This document shows, one piece after another, positions 30,159-39,370 of a DNA stretch of 64,000 nucleotides. Below the pieces are notes generated by a model that was not told the DNA's origin, searched no databases, and was given only the letters and a program-made list of their open reading frames with translations. The number at the start of each line of letters is the position of its first letter. Within the stretch, counting starts at the first letter, position 1. The DNA is from an uncultured Acidobacteriota bacterium (lineage in GTDB: Bacteria > Acidobacteriota > JAQAZP01). The stretch is from positions 2,816,001-2,880,000 of the forward strand of contig CAWIIB010000009.1 in assembly GCA_963836075.1 (NCBI GenBank), in the 5' to 3' direction. The translations under genes and the position numbers were made by a program.

Positions 30159-32510
30159 ATGAAGCACTTCATCGGACTGTTCATCATCGGCCTGCTCGTC
30201 AGTCCGGGTGCGGTCACCGGGACCGAGCTCGCAGGCAACCCCCTGGCCGCTTATCCATATTTCGAATATGTACGGGCGATCAATGCCGATGCAGCAGTCT
30301 ATGCTGCCATCGATCCCACCAGGTACCCCCAGGTGGTCGGGGTCACAGCCCACCTCTACCTGGTGAGTGCCAGAACCGGGGCCCAGTGGGACAGCGATCC
30401 ATCCCTGTCCGATGTACGCCCCAGAGGGCCGGACACCGTGTTCCTGGGCGGCTCCACCGTTCAGGAGAATACCTTCGAGCTCGCCTCAGGCGGAGAACTT
30501 GATGCCGACGCCGGCACGGGCCTGGGTCTGGGCTATGATGTGGTTCTCGACCTGGACCGGGACGGTCTCCTCGATTCTGGCGATCTGATCGACGGTCGCG
30601 GTGATGAGTCAGGCTTCTACGCGGTGCACGATCTGACCCAGACCGGCCCGCTGCCCACCGCTTCGACGACCTATTCCGGTGGGGCCTGGCTGGGGCAGAA
30701 AACCTGGTACCCCTCCGGCATCGCCGGCATGGGTCAACTGCCCCTGGTGGTGATCAGCCACGGCAACGGGCACGACTACACCTGGTACGATTACCTGCAG
30801 GAGCACCTGGCCTCCTATGGCTATGTGGTGATGAGCCATGAGAACAACACCCAGCCGGGCATCGAGACCGCCTCCACCACCACGCTGAACAACACCGACT
30901 ATTTTCTCGGCCATCTCGACGTCATCGGCGGCGGAATTTTCGCGGGCCATATCGACGGCAGCCGGATCACCTGGATCGGCCACAGCCGGGGAGGGGAGGG
31001 CGTCTGCCGGGCCTACGACCGTTTGTATGACGATGACTATATACCCGACCACTACGAGCTCCATGACGTGGTCCTGGTGAGCAGCATTTCCCCCAACGAC
31101 TACCTGGGCCGTCATCAATCCGATCCTCACCAGGTGATCTTCCATCTGCTGCAGGGCGCTGCCGACGGTGACAACACCGGTTGGCCCGACCGGGAAAGCG
31201 ATGCCCCGTTCCATGTCTATGAAAGGGCCGGGGGAACGCGGCAGATGACCCATATCCACGGCGCCGACCACAACGATTTCAACTGCTGCGGCTGGAACGA
31301 CTTCACCGGGCCGCCGGGAACGGAAATCGGCCGGGCCGAAGCCCAGCGAGTGGCCCGGGCCACCTACCTGGCACTGCTCAAACACCACATCGAGGGAAAC
31401 CTGCCGGCCCTCGACTATCTCTGGCGGCAGTACGAGGCATTGAAACCAATTGGCGTCAATGCGGCCACGGTGGTGGAGCACGAGTACCGGGAGGGTCCGG
31501 GAGCGGGGGTGTTTGTCATCGACGATTTTCAGAGCGAACCATCACTGGACACCAGCAGCTCCGGCGGATCCGTCTCCATGACGGTGCTCAACGCCTGGGA
31601 AGGACAGCAGGACGACACCGACGGCACATTCACCTGGTCCACCAGCGACCCGATGAACGGCATGGCCCGGGGACGGACCGACGATCTGGCGGCGTGCCTG
31701 GTCTTTGACTGGGGCATCGGGGGAAGCCGGCAACTGGAGTTCGAACTGCTGCCGGCAGCAGAAAATCTGCTGTCCCGCGAATATCTCTCTTTCCGCGCGT
31801 GCCAGGGAACCCGTCATCCGGACACGGTTGTCGAACTGGGTGACCTTACCTTCACCGTAACCCTGCGCGACGGAAACGGCGCCAGCAGTTCCATCGGCAT
31901 CGGCGCCTATGGCGGGGGCGTTGAAGAGCCGTACCAGCGCACCGGCTCGGGAACCGGCGCGGGGTGGCAGACCGAGTTCGAAACCATCCGTATCCGCCTC
32001 ACTGATTTTCTGGCCAACGGCAGTGGTCTCGATCTTTCCCGGGTGGCGGCCCTGGTTTTCGAGTTCGGTACCCCTTTCGGCTCCAACCGGGGACGAATCG
32101 GCCTGGACGATCTGCAGTTCACCGGCATACAGGCTGAGGCGGATACCATCGCCGCCGAGTTCAGCTGTTCGCCTTCCAGCGGCACCGTGCCCTTCAGCAC
32201 GGTGATGACCGCCACCCTGGACAACCTCTACACCGGCCAGACCCGGCAGATCGCCGGCCGGATCAATGTCTCCCTGGCCGGCGGCAGCTACTTCGGCGGT
32301 TGGCGCGCCGGGTTCACCAACGTCGCCGCCGGCGGCAGTTTCGGCTCAACATGGGCCCAGGCCATTCCGGCCCTGGGGTCGGTGATCGGCACCAACACCT
32401 TCGAACTGCTGGCCGAGGACGTGACCCCGGCGCCGTTCAATCAGCCGCCCTATCCGCCGGCTGGAGACCAGGTCACTGACACGTGCAGCCTGGTGGCGAA
32501 CGCACCGTAA
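30159..32510 (+). CDS. Secreted alpha/beta-hydrolase with C-terminal shared 'NQPPYP' domain
   Basis: Signal peptide; PLVVISHG, GHSRGG nucleophile elbow, GADHN; C-terminal domain 32142-32510. Confidence 0.85.
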   Translation: MKHFIGLFIIGLLVSPGAVTGTELAGNPLAAYPYFEYVRAINADAAVYAAIDPTRYPQVVGVTAHLYLVSARTGAQWDSDPSLSDVRPRGPDTVFLGGSTVQENTFELASGGELDADAGTGLGLGYDVVLDLDRDGLLDSGDLIDGRGDESGFYAVHDLTQTGPLPTASTTYSGGAWLGQKTWYPSGIAGMGQLPLVVISHGNGHDYTWYDYLQEHLASYGYVVMSHENNTQPGIETASTTTLNNTDYFLGHLDVIGGGIFAGHIDGSRITWIGHSRGGEGVCRAYDRLYDDDYIPDHYELHDVVLVSSISPNDYLGRHQSDPHQVIFHLLQGAADGDNTGWPDRESDAPFHVYERAGGTRQMTHIHGADHNDFNCCGWNDFTGPPGTEIGRAEAQRVARATYLALLKHHIEGNLPALDYLWRQYEALKPIGVNAATVVEHEYREGPGAGVFVIDDFQSEPSLDTSSSGGSVSMTVLNAWEGQQDDTDGTFTWSTSDPMNGMARGRTDDLAACLVFDWGIGGSRQLEFELLPAAENLLSREYLSFRACQGTRHPDTVVELGDLTFTVTLRDGNGASSSIGIGAYGGGVEEPYQRTGSGTGAGWQTEFETIRIRLTDFLANGSGLDLSRVAALVFEFGTPFGSNRGRIGLDDLQFTGIQAEADTIAAEFSCSPSSGTVPFSTVMTATLDNLYTGQTRQIAGRINVSLAGGSYFGGWRAGFTNVAAGGSFGSTWAQAIPALGSVIGTNTFELLAEDVTPAPFNQPPYPPAGDQVTDTCSLVANAP

Positions 32511-32568
32511 GCGGGGATCATCCCGCCCACGGCGCGGCGGCCGCAGTGCACGCGAGTTCTGATCCTCC

Positions 32569-35500
32569 TCACTTCACCGGGAACGCCGGTGGAACCAGTT
32601 CCGGCGGCGGAGACTGCTCCAGCTGCTCGAGGATCACCTCGATGGCTTTCTCCAGCTGCGGGTCACGGCCGGCCAGCAGATCCTCCGGGCGGTTCTCCAC
32701 ATGGATGTCGGGGAGCGCCCCGCGGTTCTCCACCACCCACTCGCCCCGCAGGTTGGCGAACCCCACGTTGGCCTGGGTCACCAGGCCGCCGTCGGTGAGC
32801 GGGATCATGTTGATGATGCCGATCAGCCCGCCCCAGGTGGGGACGCCGATCACCGTGCCCAGCCTCTTCTCCCTGAAGTGGTCGGTGAACACCTCGCCGT
32901 CCGAGCCGGTACCCTCGTCGCAGAGCACCACGATGGGGCCGGGGTGCACACCGTGGGGGTAGTGCATCGGCTCGAACTCCCGGGTCTTGCTGAGGTAGGT
33001 CAGGTGGCGTTCCAGCTTGTCGATGATGAACCAGGAGACAAAGCCGCCGCCATTGTCCCGCACGTCGATGATCAGCCCGTCACGGTACCGTTCGGCCCGG
33101 AAGCCCTGCTCGAACTGCTGCAGCCCCTCCTCGTCCATGTCGGTGAGGTGGATGTAGCCCACCCGGCCATCGGTTTTCTCCTTCACGGTCTGGTAGTTGC
33201 CTTCCACCCAGTGGTAGTAGCGGAGGTAGCCCTCGCCGTACATCGCTTCGATGGTCACCGTCCGGGTGCCCTCCCCGTCCGGGCTCTCGGCCACGGTCAG
33301 TTCCACTTCCCGCTGCACCTTGTCCTCCAGCAGGCGCCAGGGGTTGTCGCCGGCGGTGAGGTCCTGCCCGTCGATGGCCAGCAGCCACATGCCGTCGGTG
33401 ACCCGGACCAGCGGTTCGGCCAGCGGGTTCCTCCCCTCCTCCAGCCAGCTGGGGCCGCTGAACACTTTTTCGATCCGCCAGCGGCCGGCTTCCGGGTCCG
33501 GCGCCAGGTCGGCGCCCAGCATACCCACCCGCACCCGGTCGTAGCCCGGTTCCCCGCTCCCGCCGCCGATGATGTACTCGTGGGAGGCGGTGAGCTCGCC
33601 CAGTAGGTGGCCGATGATGTAGTTCATGTCCCCCCGGGTGGCGACGTGGGGGATCAGCGGCGCGTATTTCTCCCGCAGGTGGGCCCAGTCGCGGCCGTGG
33701 ATCTCCGGGTCGTAGAAGAAGTCGCGGATCTGCCGCCAGACCTCGTTGTAGATCTGGGGATACTCGGCAAAGACCTCCGCCTTCTGGCGCAGGCCGTCCC
33801 AGGGCAGGGCGCCGTCGCCCACCCGGGCCGCCTTGTCCGCATCCACCACGCCGGCGGTGCGGCCGCTCATGTAGCCGGCCTTTGTTCCGTCCCCCGACAA
33901 CTGGTAATGTCCAATGCCGGGGAGGGTCAGCTCCAGTTCCTGGTCCTCGAACCCGAAACGCATCAGGTCCCAGTGGGTCACCCGCCGGGGGGTGAAAAAC
34001 TCCTCGATCCCGGGGAAGCCGAAACTCTCCCGGGCGAGGAAGTGGAGGTGCGTGTCGCTGGCCTTCAGCGCCTTGTACGTACCTGCCTCCACCGGGACGG
34101 TATAGACCCGCTCCTCCAGGTCCACAAAGTCGACCCCCGTCGAAGCGCCCGTCCCGGCCGCCCCGTCCTCGTCCTCCGCCTCTTCTTCCAGTTCTGCCGC
34201 GGCGGAGAAGGGGAGCGGGGTCTGGTCACGGAGCGTCGCCGCCATGACCATGGTCTGGTTGACGTTGAGGTTGTTGTCCATGAAGGAGTCGAGGGCCGGT
34301 TGGAACCCGCGCTGGGAGAGAAAGTAGAGATAGTCCCCCCCGGTGCCGAAGGCCGGGCTGAAGTCGTCGAAGCGATCGTCGGTGACCCGCACCGACACCC
34401 CGGCGGCCGTGTCGTGGATGAAGATGGCGCCGTTGAGGTTGCGGTCCACCTTGACGTAGGCCACCAGCAGGCTGTCCGGCGACCAGCAGTAGTCGCTGAC
34501 CTCCCAGAAGATCTCGTTGTCCTTGAGGGTCGTCCCGCGGTCGATGAGCTTGACCCCCGGCTGCCCCAGCTGGGCCCAGTGGAGGGTGAAGTCCTTGTCC
34601 TGGAAGAGCAGGCGGTTGCTGTCCGGAGACCAGGTCACGTGGTAGTAGAAGGTGCTGGAGCCGTTGGTGATCTGGGTCCATTCGGCCCCCGGTTCCGGTT
34701 CGGTGATGTAGAGTTCGTATTCCCCGGAGCGGTCGGAGTAGAAGGCCACCATCTTCCCGTCAGGGGAGGGTACCGGTGAGATCTCCCGCGACCCGGGGCT
34801 GCGGGTCAGGTTCACCGTCCGTTCCGTCTCCAGGTCCATGAGGTAGATGTCGCCCCGGGCTTCGGCAGCCACCAGGTTCCCCGTGCTGTCGAGGCCGATC
34901 ACCTCCAGGAAGTCCTCCGGTGAATACCAGGCGTCGCGCACCTGCCAGCGGTCGCTGGGGATGGTGATCTCCAGTTTGCGAGATTCTCCGGCGGCGATAT
35001 CGTAGACAAAAAGGTAGCCGGAGCAGCCATAGACGATGCGGTCTCCGCCCAGTGCGGGAAACTCCACGTCCCACTCCCCGTGTTCGGTGAGCCGGGTCAT
35101 TGCGCTGCCCTCCGGAGAACAGCGGTAGAGGTTCATCCGCCCCTCTTCGCGGTCCGAGGCGAAATAGATCCCGCTGGCGTGCCACATGGGAAAGACGTCG
35201 TAGCCCGGCCAGTCGGTGATCCTGGCGAATTTCTTGTTCTCCAGGCCGGCGATCCAGATATCCTGCTGGGCCCCGCCGCGGTAGCCCTTCCAGTTCATGC
35301 GGTCCGAGGCCTGGCGGTTGAGGGCCATGCTTTTCCCGTCGGGTGAGTACCCGGCGTAGCGCACCTTGCCCAGCCCCAGGTTCACCGGGGCCCCGCCGTC
35401 CGCCGGCACGCTGTAGAGTTCGGTGTTCAGCGTCCGCCGGGAGCGGAAAATAACCGAGGCGCCGTCCGGCGTCCAGCCCAGCACCTCGTCGCCTGCGGGG

Positions 35501-35838
35501 TGCCAGGTGAGCCGCTGCGGCACGCCGCCGGCCGCTGGGATGACGTAGACATCCCGCCCCCCGTCGTAGCTGCCGGTGAAGGCGATCCATTCGCCGTCGG
35601 GCGAGAAACGGGCAAAGCGCTCCTCCCCGGGGTGGGTGGTGATCCGCACGGCGCTGCCGCCCTGGCGGCCCACTGTCCAGAGGTCGTCCTCGTAGGTGAA
35701 CACCACCTGGCGGGCACTGATGTGCGGGTCGCGCATCAGCCGTCCTTCCGTGGCCGCTGCGGCCTGGGGGATGGCAAAGCAGAAGATCAGTATGGCGGCG
35801 AACAGAGCCGCGGCGCTGCCGGCGGACTGGCTTCTCAT
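32569..35838 (-). CDS. Tricorn protease homolog (S41), exported
   Basis: AGGAG RBS, signal peptide; WD40-like FSPDG repeats, PDZ, DVRDNGGG, GSDGE, TWGG. Confidence 0.93.
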   Translation of the reverse strand: MRSQSAGSAAALFAAILIFCFAIPQAAAATEGRLMRDPHISARQVVFTYEDDLWTVGRQGGSAVRITTHPGEERFARFSPDGEWIAFTGSYDGGRDVYVIPAAGGVPQRLTWHPAGDEVLGWTPDGASVIFRSRRTLNTELYSVPADGGAPVNLGLGKVRYAGYSPDGKSMALNRQASDRMNWKGYRGGAQQDIWIAGLENKKFARITDWPGYDVFPMWHASGIYFASDREEGRMNLYRCSPEGSAMTRLTEHGEWDVEFPALGGDRIVYGCSGYLFVYDIAAGESRKLEITIPSDRWQVRDAWYSPEDFLEVIGLDSTGNLVAAEARGDIYLMDLETERTVNLTRSPGSREISPVPSPDGKMVAFYSDRSGEYELYITEPEPGAEWTQITNGSSTFYYHVTWSPDSNRLLFQDKDFTLHWAQLGQPGVKLIDRGTTLKDNEIFWEVSDYCWSPDSLLVAYVKVDRNLNGAIFIHDTAAGVSVRVTDDRFDDFSPAFGTGGDYLYFLSQRGFQPALDSFMDNNLNVNQTMVMAATLRDQTPLPFSAAAELEEEAEDEDGAAGTGASTGVDFVDLEERVYTVPVEAGTYKALKASDTHLHFLARESFGFPGIEEFFTPRRVTHWDLMRFGFEDQELELTLPGIGHYQLSGDGTKAGYMSGRTAGVVDADKAARVGDGALPWDGLRQKAEVFAEYPQIYNEVWRQIRDFFYDPEIHGRDWAHLREKYAPLIPHVATRGDMNYIIGHLLGELTASHEYIIGGGSGEPGYDRVRVGMLGADLAPDPEAGRWRIEKVFSGPSWLEEGRNPLAEPLVRVTDGMWLLAIDGQDLTAGDNPWRLLEDKVQREVELTVAESPDGEGTRTVTIEAMYGEGYLRYYHWVEGNYQTVKEKTDGRVGYIHLTDMDEEGLQQFEQGFRAERYRDGLIIDVRDNGGGFVSWFIIDKLERHLTYLSKTREFEPMHYPHGVHPGPIVVLCDEGTGSDGEVFTDHFREKRLGTVIGVPTWGGLIGIINMIPLTDGGLVTQANVGFANLRGEWVVENRGALPDIHVENRPEDLLAGRDPQLEKAIEVILEQLEQSPPPELVPPAFPVK

Positions 35839-36120
35839 TCTGGCGCTCCTTCCACAATTCAGTTGGAGAATCTCAGTTGGTATCATGGTGGAACCTGACC
35901 GTATCAGGGATCTGCTGAATGATAGTTCCCAACGTTGTCGGAAACAAGAAGTTCCGTTTATGCGTCAACCCCGGTTTCCCGGCCCCGCCGTTTCCGCCCC
36001 ATCCCCTTGTCCGATCCCCCTGGCACACATCTTGAACCGGGTGATTGGCTGATGAGACGGACATTGCGCGGTTCAAGGCTGGAGAGCCGGGAGGTGCTGG
36101 TGCCGCTGGACAACAGAGGG

Positions 36121-36783
36121 ATGGAAGAGGAGCCGTTGCGCGAACGGGTACGGCGCCTCGGTCCGGACCAGCTGGACGAGGAGGAACTGCTGGCCCTGGT
36201 CCTTGGCGGCGGTGCGCCGCGGTCGGCGGCCCCGTCCACGGCCGGCTGGCTGCTCCGCGAGAGCGGCGGGCTCTCCGGCCTGGCCCGCATGGCCCCGGCC
36301 AGTTTTTTGCGGATGAAGCGTCTCGACCGGCGGTCCGGGGCCCGGCTCTGCGCCGCGCTGGAGTTCTCCCGGCGGCTCAGCGCCCTGGCCGGCAGGGATG
36401 AGGCCCGGGAGCCGATCACCGACCCGGCGGTGGCCGCGGCGCTGCTGCTGCCCCGCCTGGCCCACCGGCGGCGCGAGCACTTCGGCGTCCTGCTGCTGGA
36501 CAGCCGCAACCGTCTCGAGCGCCAGTCGATCATCTCGGTGGGCAGTCTCAACGGCTCGCTGGTCCACCCCCGGGAGGTCTTTCGCGAAGCGCTGATCCAC
36601 GCCGCCGCCTCGCTGATCCTCTTTCACAACCATCCCTCGGGCGATCCCACCCCCAGCCGGGAGGACGTGGCCATCACCGGCCGGCTGCTCTCCGCCGGTT
36701 CGCTGGTGGGTGTCGAGGTGCTGGACCACCTGGTGATCGGCCGGGGGAGATTCACCTCCCTGAAGGAGCAGGGGCTGATGTGA
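36121..36783 (+). CDS. radC: RadC family (JAB domain) protein
   Basis: PLRER..ELLALVL, VHPREVF, HNHPSGDPTPSRED, LDHLVIG. Start could be 36052. Confidence 0.93.
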   Translation: MEEEPLRERVRRLGPDQLDEEELLALVLGGGAPRSAAPSTAGWLLRESGGLSGLARMAPASFLRMKRLDRRSGARLCAALEFSRRLSALAGRDEAREPITDPAVAAALLLPRLAHRRREHFGVLLLDSRNRLERQSIISVGSLNGSLVHPREVFREALIHAAASLILFHNHPSGDPTPSREDVAITGRLLSAGSLVGVEVLDHLVIGRGRFTSLKEQGLM

Positions 36784-38074
36784 ATTGCTTCACCGCCCGG
36801 GCCACCGGCGTCAGCAGCAGCGTGTTGCCCAGCACCGAACCGAGCACCATGGCGCCGGTGGCGGCCACGGCTCCGATGATGTCGAACAGTTCCACGGCAA
36901 TGAACAGGGCCGCCACCGTAAACACCACCTGTAGAGTGGTGGACCAGGTGATGGGCGGCGTGCGCTGCGCCTTGACCATCACTGCTCGCTGGTAGGAGAA
37001 GTAGACCGACGCAGCTGGAATGAGCACCATAATCATCGTGGGCACAGCGGAAAAGTCAGCCAGTTCTTTGCTCAGCCCCGAGACTTTTTCGAACCACAGG
37101 CCGGAAAGGGGAGTGAAGGCCACCAGGCCCAGGGCGGCCGTGGCGGTGACGGCCAGGGTCACGGCGAAGCGGCGCACCGCCCGGTTGTGCTCGAACCGGT
37201 CCCCCAGCAGGGCGATGGCCGCCTCCATGAACGAGATCCCCACGGCGCGAAAAAGGAAGACCAGGGCGCCGATCACCGGCATCACCGCGAGAGACTCCAA
37301 AGACATGCGGCTCCGTCCGAGGAAAAAGCTGGTCATGGGATGGACGGTGAGGTAGATGGTGGAGGTGAGGGCCAGCGGGAAGTAGAAGGTCCAGATCTCG
37401 CGGTAGGTGATCGGATCTCCCTCGGGCGTCACCGTTGCGAGCTTGCCGACGATGTTGATGGCCATCAATCGGCTGGCCAGCGCCTCCATCACTACCCCGG
37501 CGGTGAGCGCCGCCGCGCCGACATAGGCGCCGGGCAATGCAAAGCCGAGGTAGAGGATCAGCGCAGTGGCGCTCATCGAGCCCAGCCGGATGACCGTGCC
37601 CAGGGCCACCTTGCGGGTCTGGCCGTCGCGGATCAGCAGCCCCTGGTAGAAGCGGCGGTAGCCGATGGCTGCCGGCCAGGGGAGGAGGATGAACAGGGCG
37701 TGTACCGTCAGCGTTGCCACGTCGTCAGGGACGGTCATCGCCCGGCGCACCAGGTGGTCCATGGCCGGCGACAGCAGTGCGGCGAGCATGAAGAAGGTAA
37801 TGGCCGCGCTGAGGATGTAGGTGAAGGCGCGCAACCGGACGAAGGCCACCCTGTCTTTGGCCAGGGCGGTGGAAGCGCTCATGATCATGATCACCGGTGC
37901 TTCCACCAGGATGGCGATGGCCACGGCGATGCCCCAGGCGGCCAGGTTCGGTTCGGGGTTCGGCAGGCGGGCCACGACAGCCGCCAGGAACGGCGACTCC
38001 ACGCCGATCATCAGCCAGGTCAGGGCCAGCGGGGCCCAGAAGACGAAGATTTTTCTTTGGATCAGCGTCTCCAT
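36752..38074 (-). CDS. MATE/MOP-superfamily-like membrane protein
   Basis: About 12 TM segments with two-fold internal similarity (FWAPLALT / FYFPLALT); its 3' end overlaps radC convergently. Confidence 0.65.
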   Translation of the reverse strand: METLIQRKIFVFWAPLALTWLMIGVESPFLAAVVARLPNPEPNLAAWGIAVAIAILVEAPVIMIMSASTALAKDRVAFVRLRAFTYILSAAITFFMLAALLSPAMDHLVRRAMTVPDDVATLTVHALFILLPWPAAIGYRRFYQGLLIRDGQTRKVALGTVIRLGSMSATALILYLGFALPGAYVGAAALTAGVVMEALASRLMAINIVGKLATVTPEGDPITYREIWTFYFPLALTSTIYLTVHPMTSFFLGRSRMSLESLAVMPVIGALVFLFRAVGISFMEAAIALLGDRFEHNRAVRRFAVTLAVTATAALGLVAFTPLSGLWFEKVSGLSKELADFSAVPTMIMVLIPAASVYFSYQRAVMVKAQRTPPITWSTTLQVVFTVAALFIAVELFDIIGAVAATGAMVLGSVLGNTLLLTPVARAVKQFTSAPAPSGR

Positions 38075-38077
38075 CTC

Positions 38078-39298
38078 TTACGGGATCTCCTCCGGGGAGT
38101 CGGAGGCGGATTCCGCCAGCTGGTTCAGATACCTGGTAACGGCCAGGGTCGAGGAGAGCTTTCCAGCGGCCCGGCCCTTGAGATCCATGGCCGGCAGCGG
38201 GAGGTCATGGGTTCGGACCACGTCCTTCAGGTGTCCGCATTTCCCGCCCCGGGTGTTGCAGTAAGCCTCTTTGAGGAAGAAGCTTTTCTGAACGTTGCCC
38301 ACATTTTCGTCCAGCAGGTCCAGGGCGCTCTTGTTCCAGGTGACCAGGATGTCGCCGGGGGTGATGAAGTTCATCCACCGCCTGGCAAATTCTTGCGGCA
38401 CAACGTTTTTTTTCATGTCATCCCGGCAGAGACCCATGTGCTTCAGGTGGTCATCGGTGAGGGTTGAACCCTCCCGGGGAGTGACGAGCTGATCGAAAAG
38501 AGACCCGTCATCGATCCTCACCGCGGACCAGCGTACCAACTCGCGTTTCTTTCCGTTCCAGGGCACCGATTCCTCGTCCACGATGACCAGGTTCCGGAGG
38601 GGGCCCGCCAGCTCCCGGGGCAGCGAGCGGCGTTCCCTGTTACGGGACCTTGCGGTTCCAGGGCGGCCCGGCCCCGCGGGCCGGGAGCGCGCGCATTCGA
38701 TCTGCCGGTCGATCATCGCCTCGAAGACGTGGATCAGCGATTGGAGGCCGGGGGTCTCTGGTTCGAGGAGCTGAAGGGCCTGGACGATGGCCTCGATGGT
38801 GGAGACGGACTCCGCGTTCGGTTCCTTGCGGATGCGGTAGCGGCTGGGGACCGTGGGGCTGAGACTGTATCGAGGCAGCTCTTTGAGCCAGGGATTGTTC
38901 TTGAACAGCTTGTTTACGTCTGACCAGGTTCCGTCCAGCACCACCAGTTCACGGGGTTTTTGATCCACGGGAACGTCGGCCAGATCCGTGGCCCCGGGGC
39001 CGGGGAAAAGGAGAGCGGAGTGCTCCAGCTGATCGAGTTCGAAGGTGAATCTGCTGTCTTTGTCCGGCCAGACAACCCTGAGTTCCGTGTTCCGCAGCCC
39101 CAGTGAAACGATGCGGGCGGTACCGATGGGGTGGGACCGTTCGCACTTGTGCTGGACGATGACGATTCGGGTCCTGTTGTCCACCGGGACGATTCCATCG
39201 CAGATACAGAAGTCTGCCGCCTTGAAGCAGGTGTAGCAGACGTCCCTGCCCGAAGGATGGGTGGCTTCTGGATTTGTTGCCGGTGTCTGGTTGCTCAT
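38078..39298 (-). CDS. DTW-domain tRNA aminocarboxypropyltransferase (TapT-like) fused to a degenerate DnaQ-like exonuclease domain
   Basis: CYTC...CIC zinc motif, QHKCE, LDGTW, YRIRKEP, STIEA; C-terminal VIVDEE...VTWN. Confidence 0.85.
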   Translation of the reverse strand: MSNQTPATNPEATHPSGRDVCYTCFKAADFCICDGIVPVDNRTRIVIVQHKCERSHPIGTARIVSLGLRNTELRVVWPDKDSRFTFELDQLEHSALLFPGPGATDLADVPVDQKPRELVVLDGTWSDVNKLFKNNPWLKELPRYSLSPTVPSRYRIRKEPNAESVSTIEAIVQALQLLEPETPGLQSLIHVFEAMIDRQIECARSRPAGPGRPGTARSRNRERRSLPRELAGPLRNLVIVDEESVPWNGKKRELVRWSAVRIDDGSLFDQLVTPREGSTLTDDHLKHMGLCRDDMKKNVVPQEFARRWMNFITPGDILVTWNKSALDLLDENVGNVQKSFFLKEAYCNTRGGKCGHLKDVVRTHDLPLPAMDLKGRAAGKLSSTLAVTRYLNQLAESASDSPEEIP

Positions 39299-39370
39299 GG
39301 AATCGGTCTAGCTCGTCCTGCCGGAAAGAGGCCCTGGTCAAAAGGAAGGCAGATGATACCACGGCTTATT

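Noticed and set aside
36121-36783. radC as a marker of a mobile element
   Set aside because: It is the full-length chromosomal type with N-terminal helical region, and there are no mobility genes nearby.
36752-36783. Convergent 32-bp overlap of radC and the MATE-like gene as antisense regulation
   Set aside because: Short 3' overlaps are common in GC-rich genomes and there is no further support.
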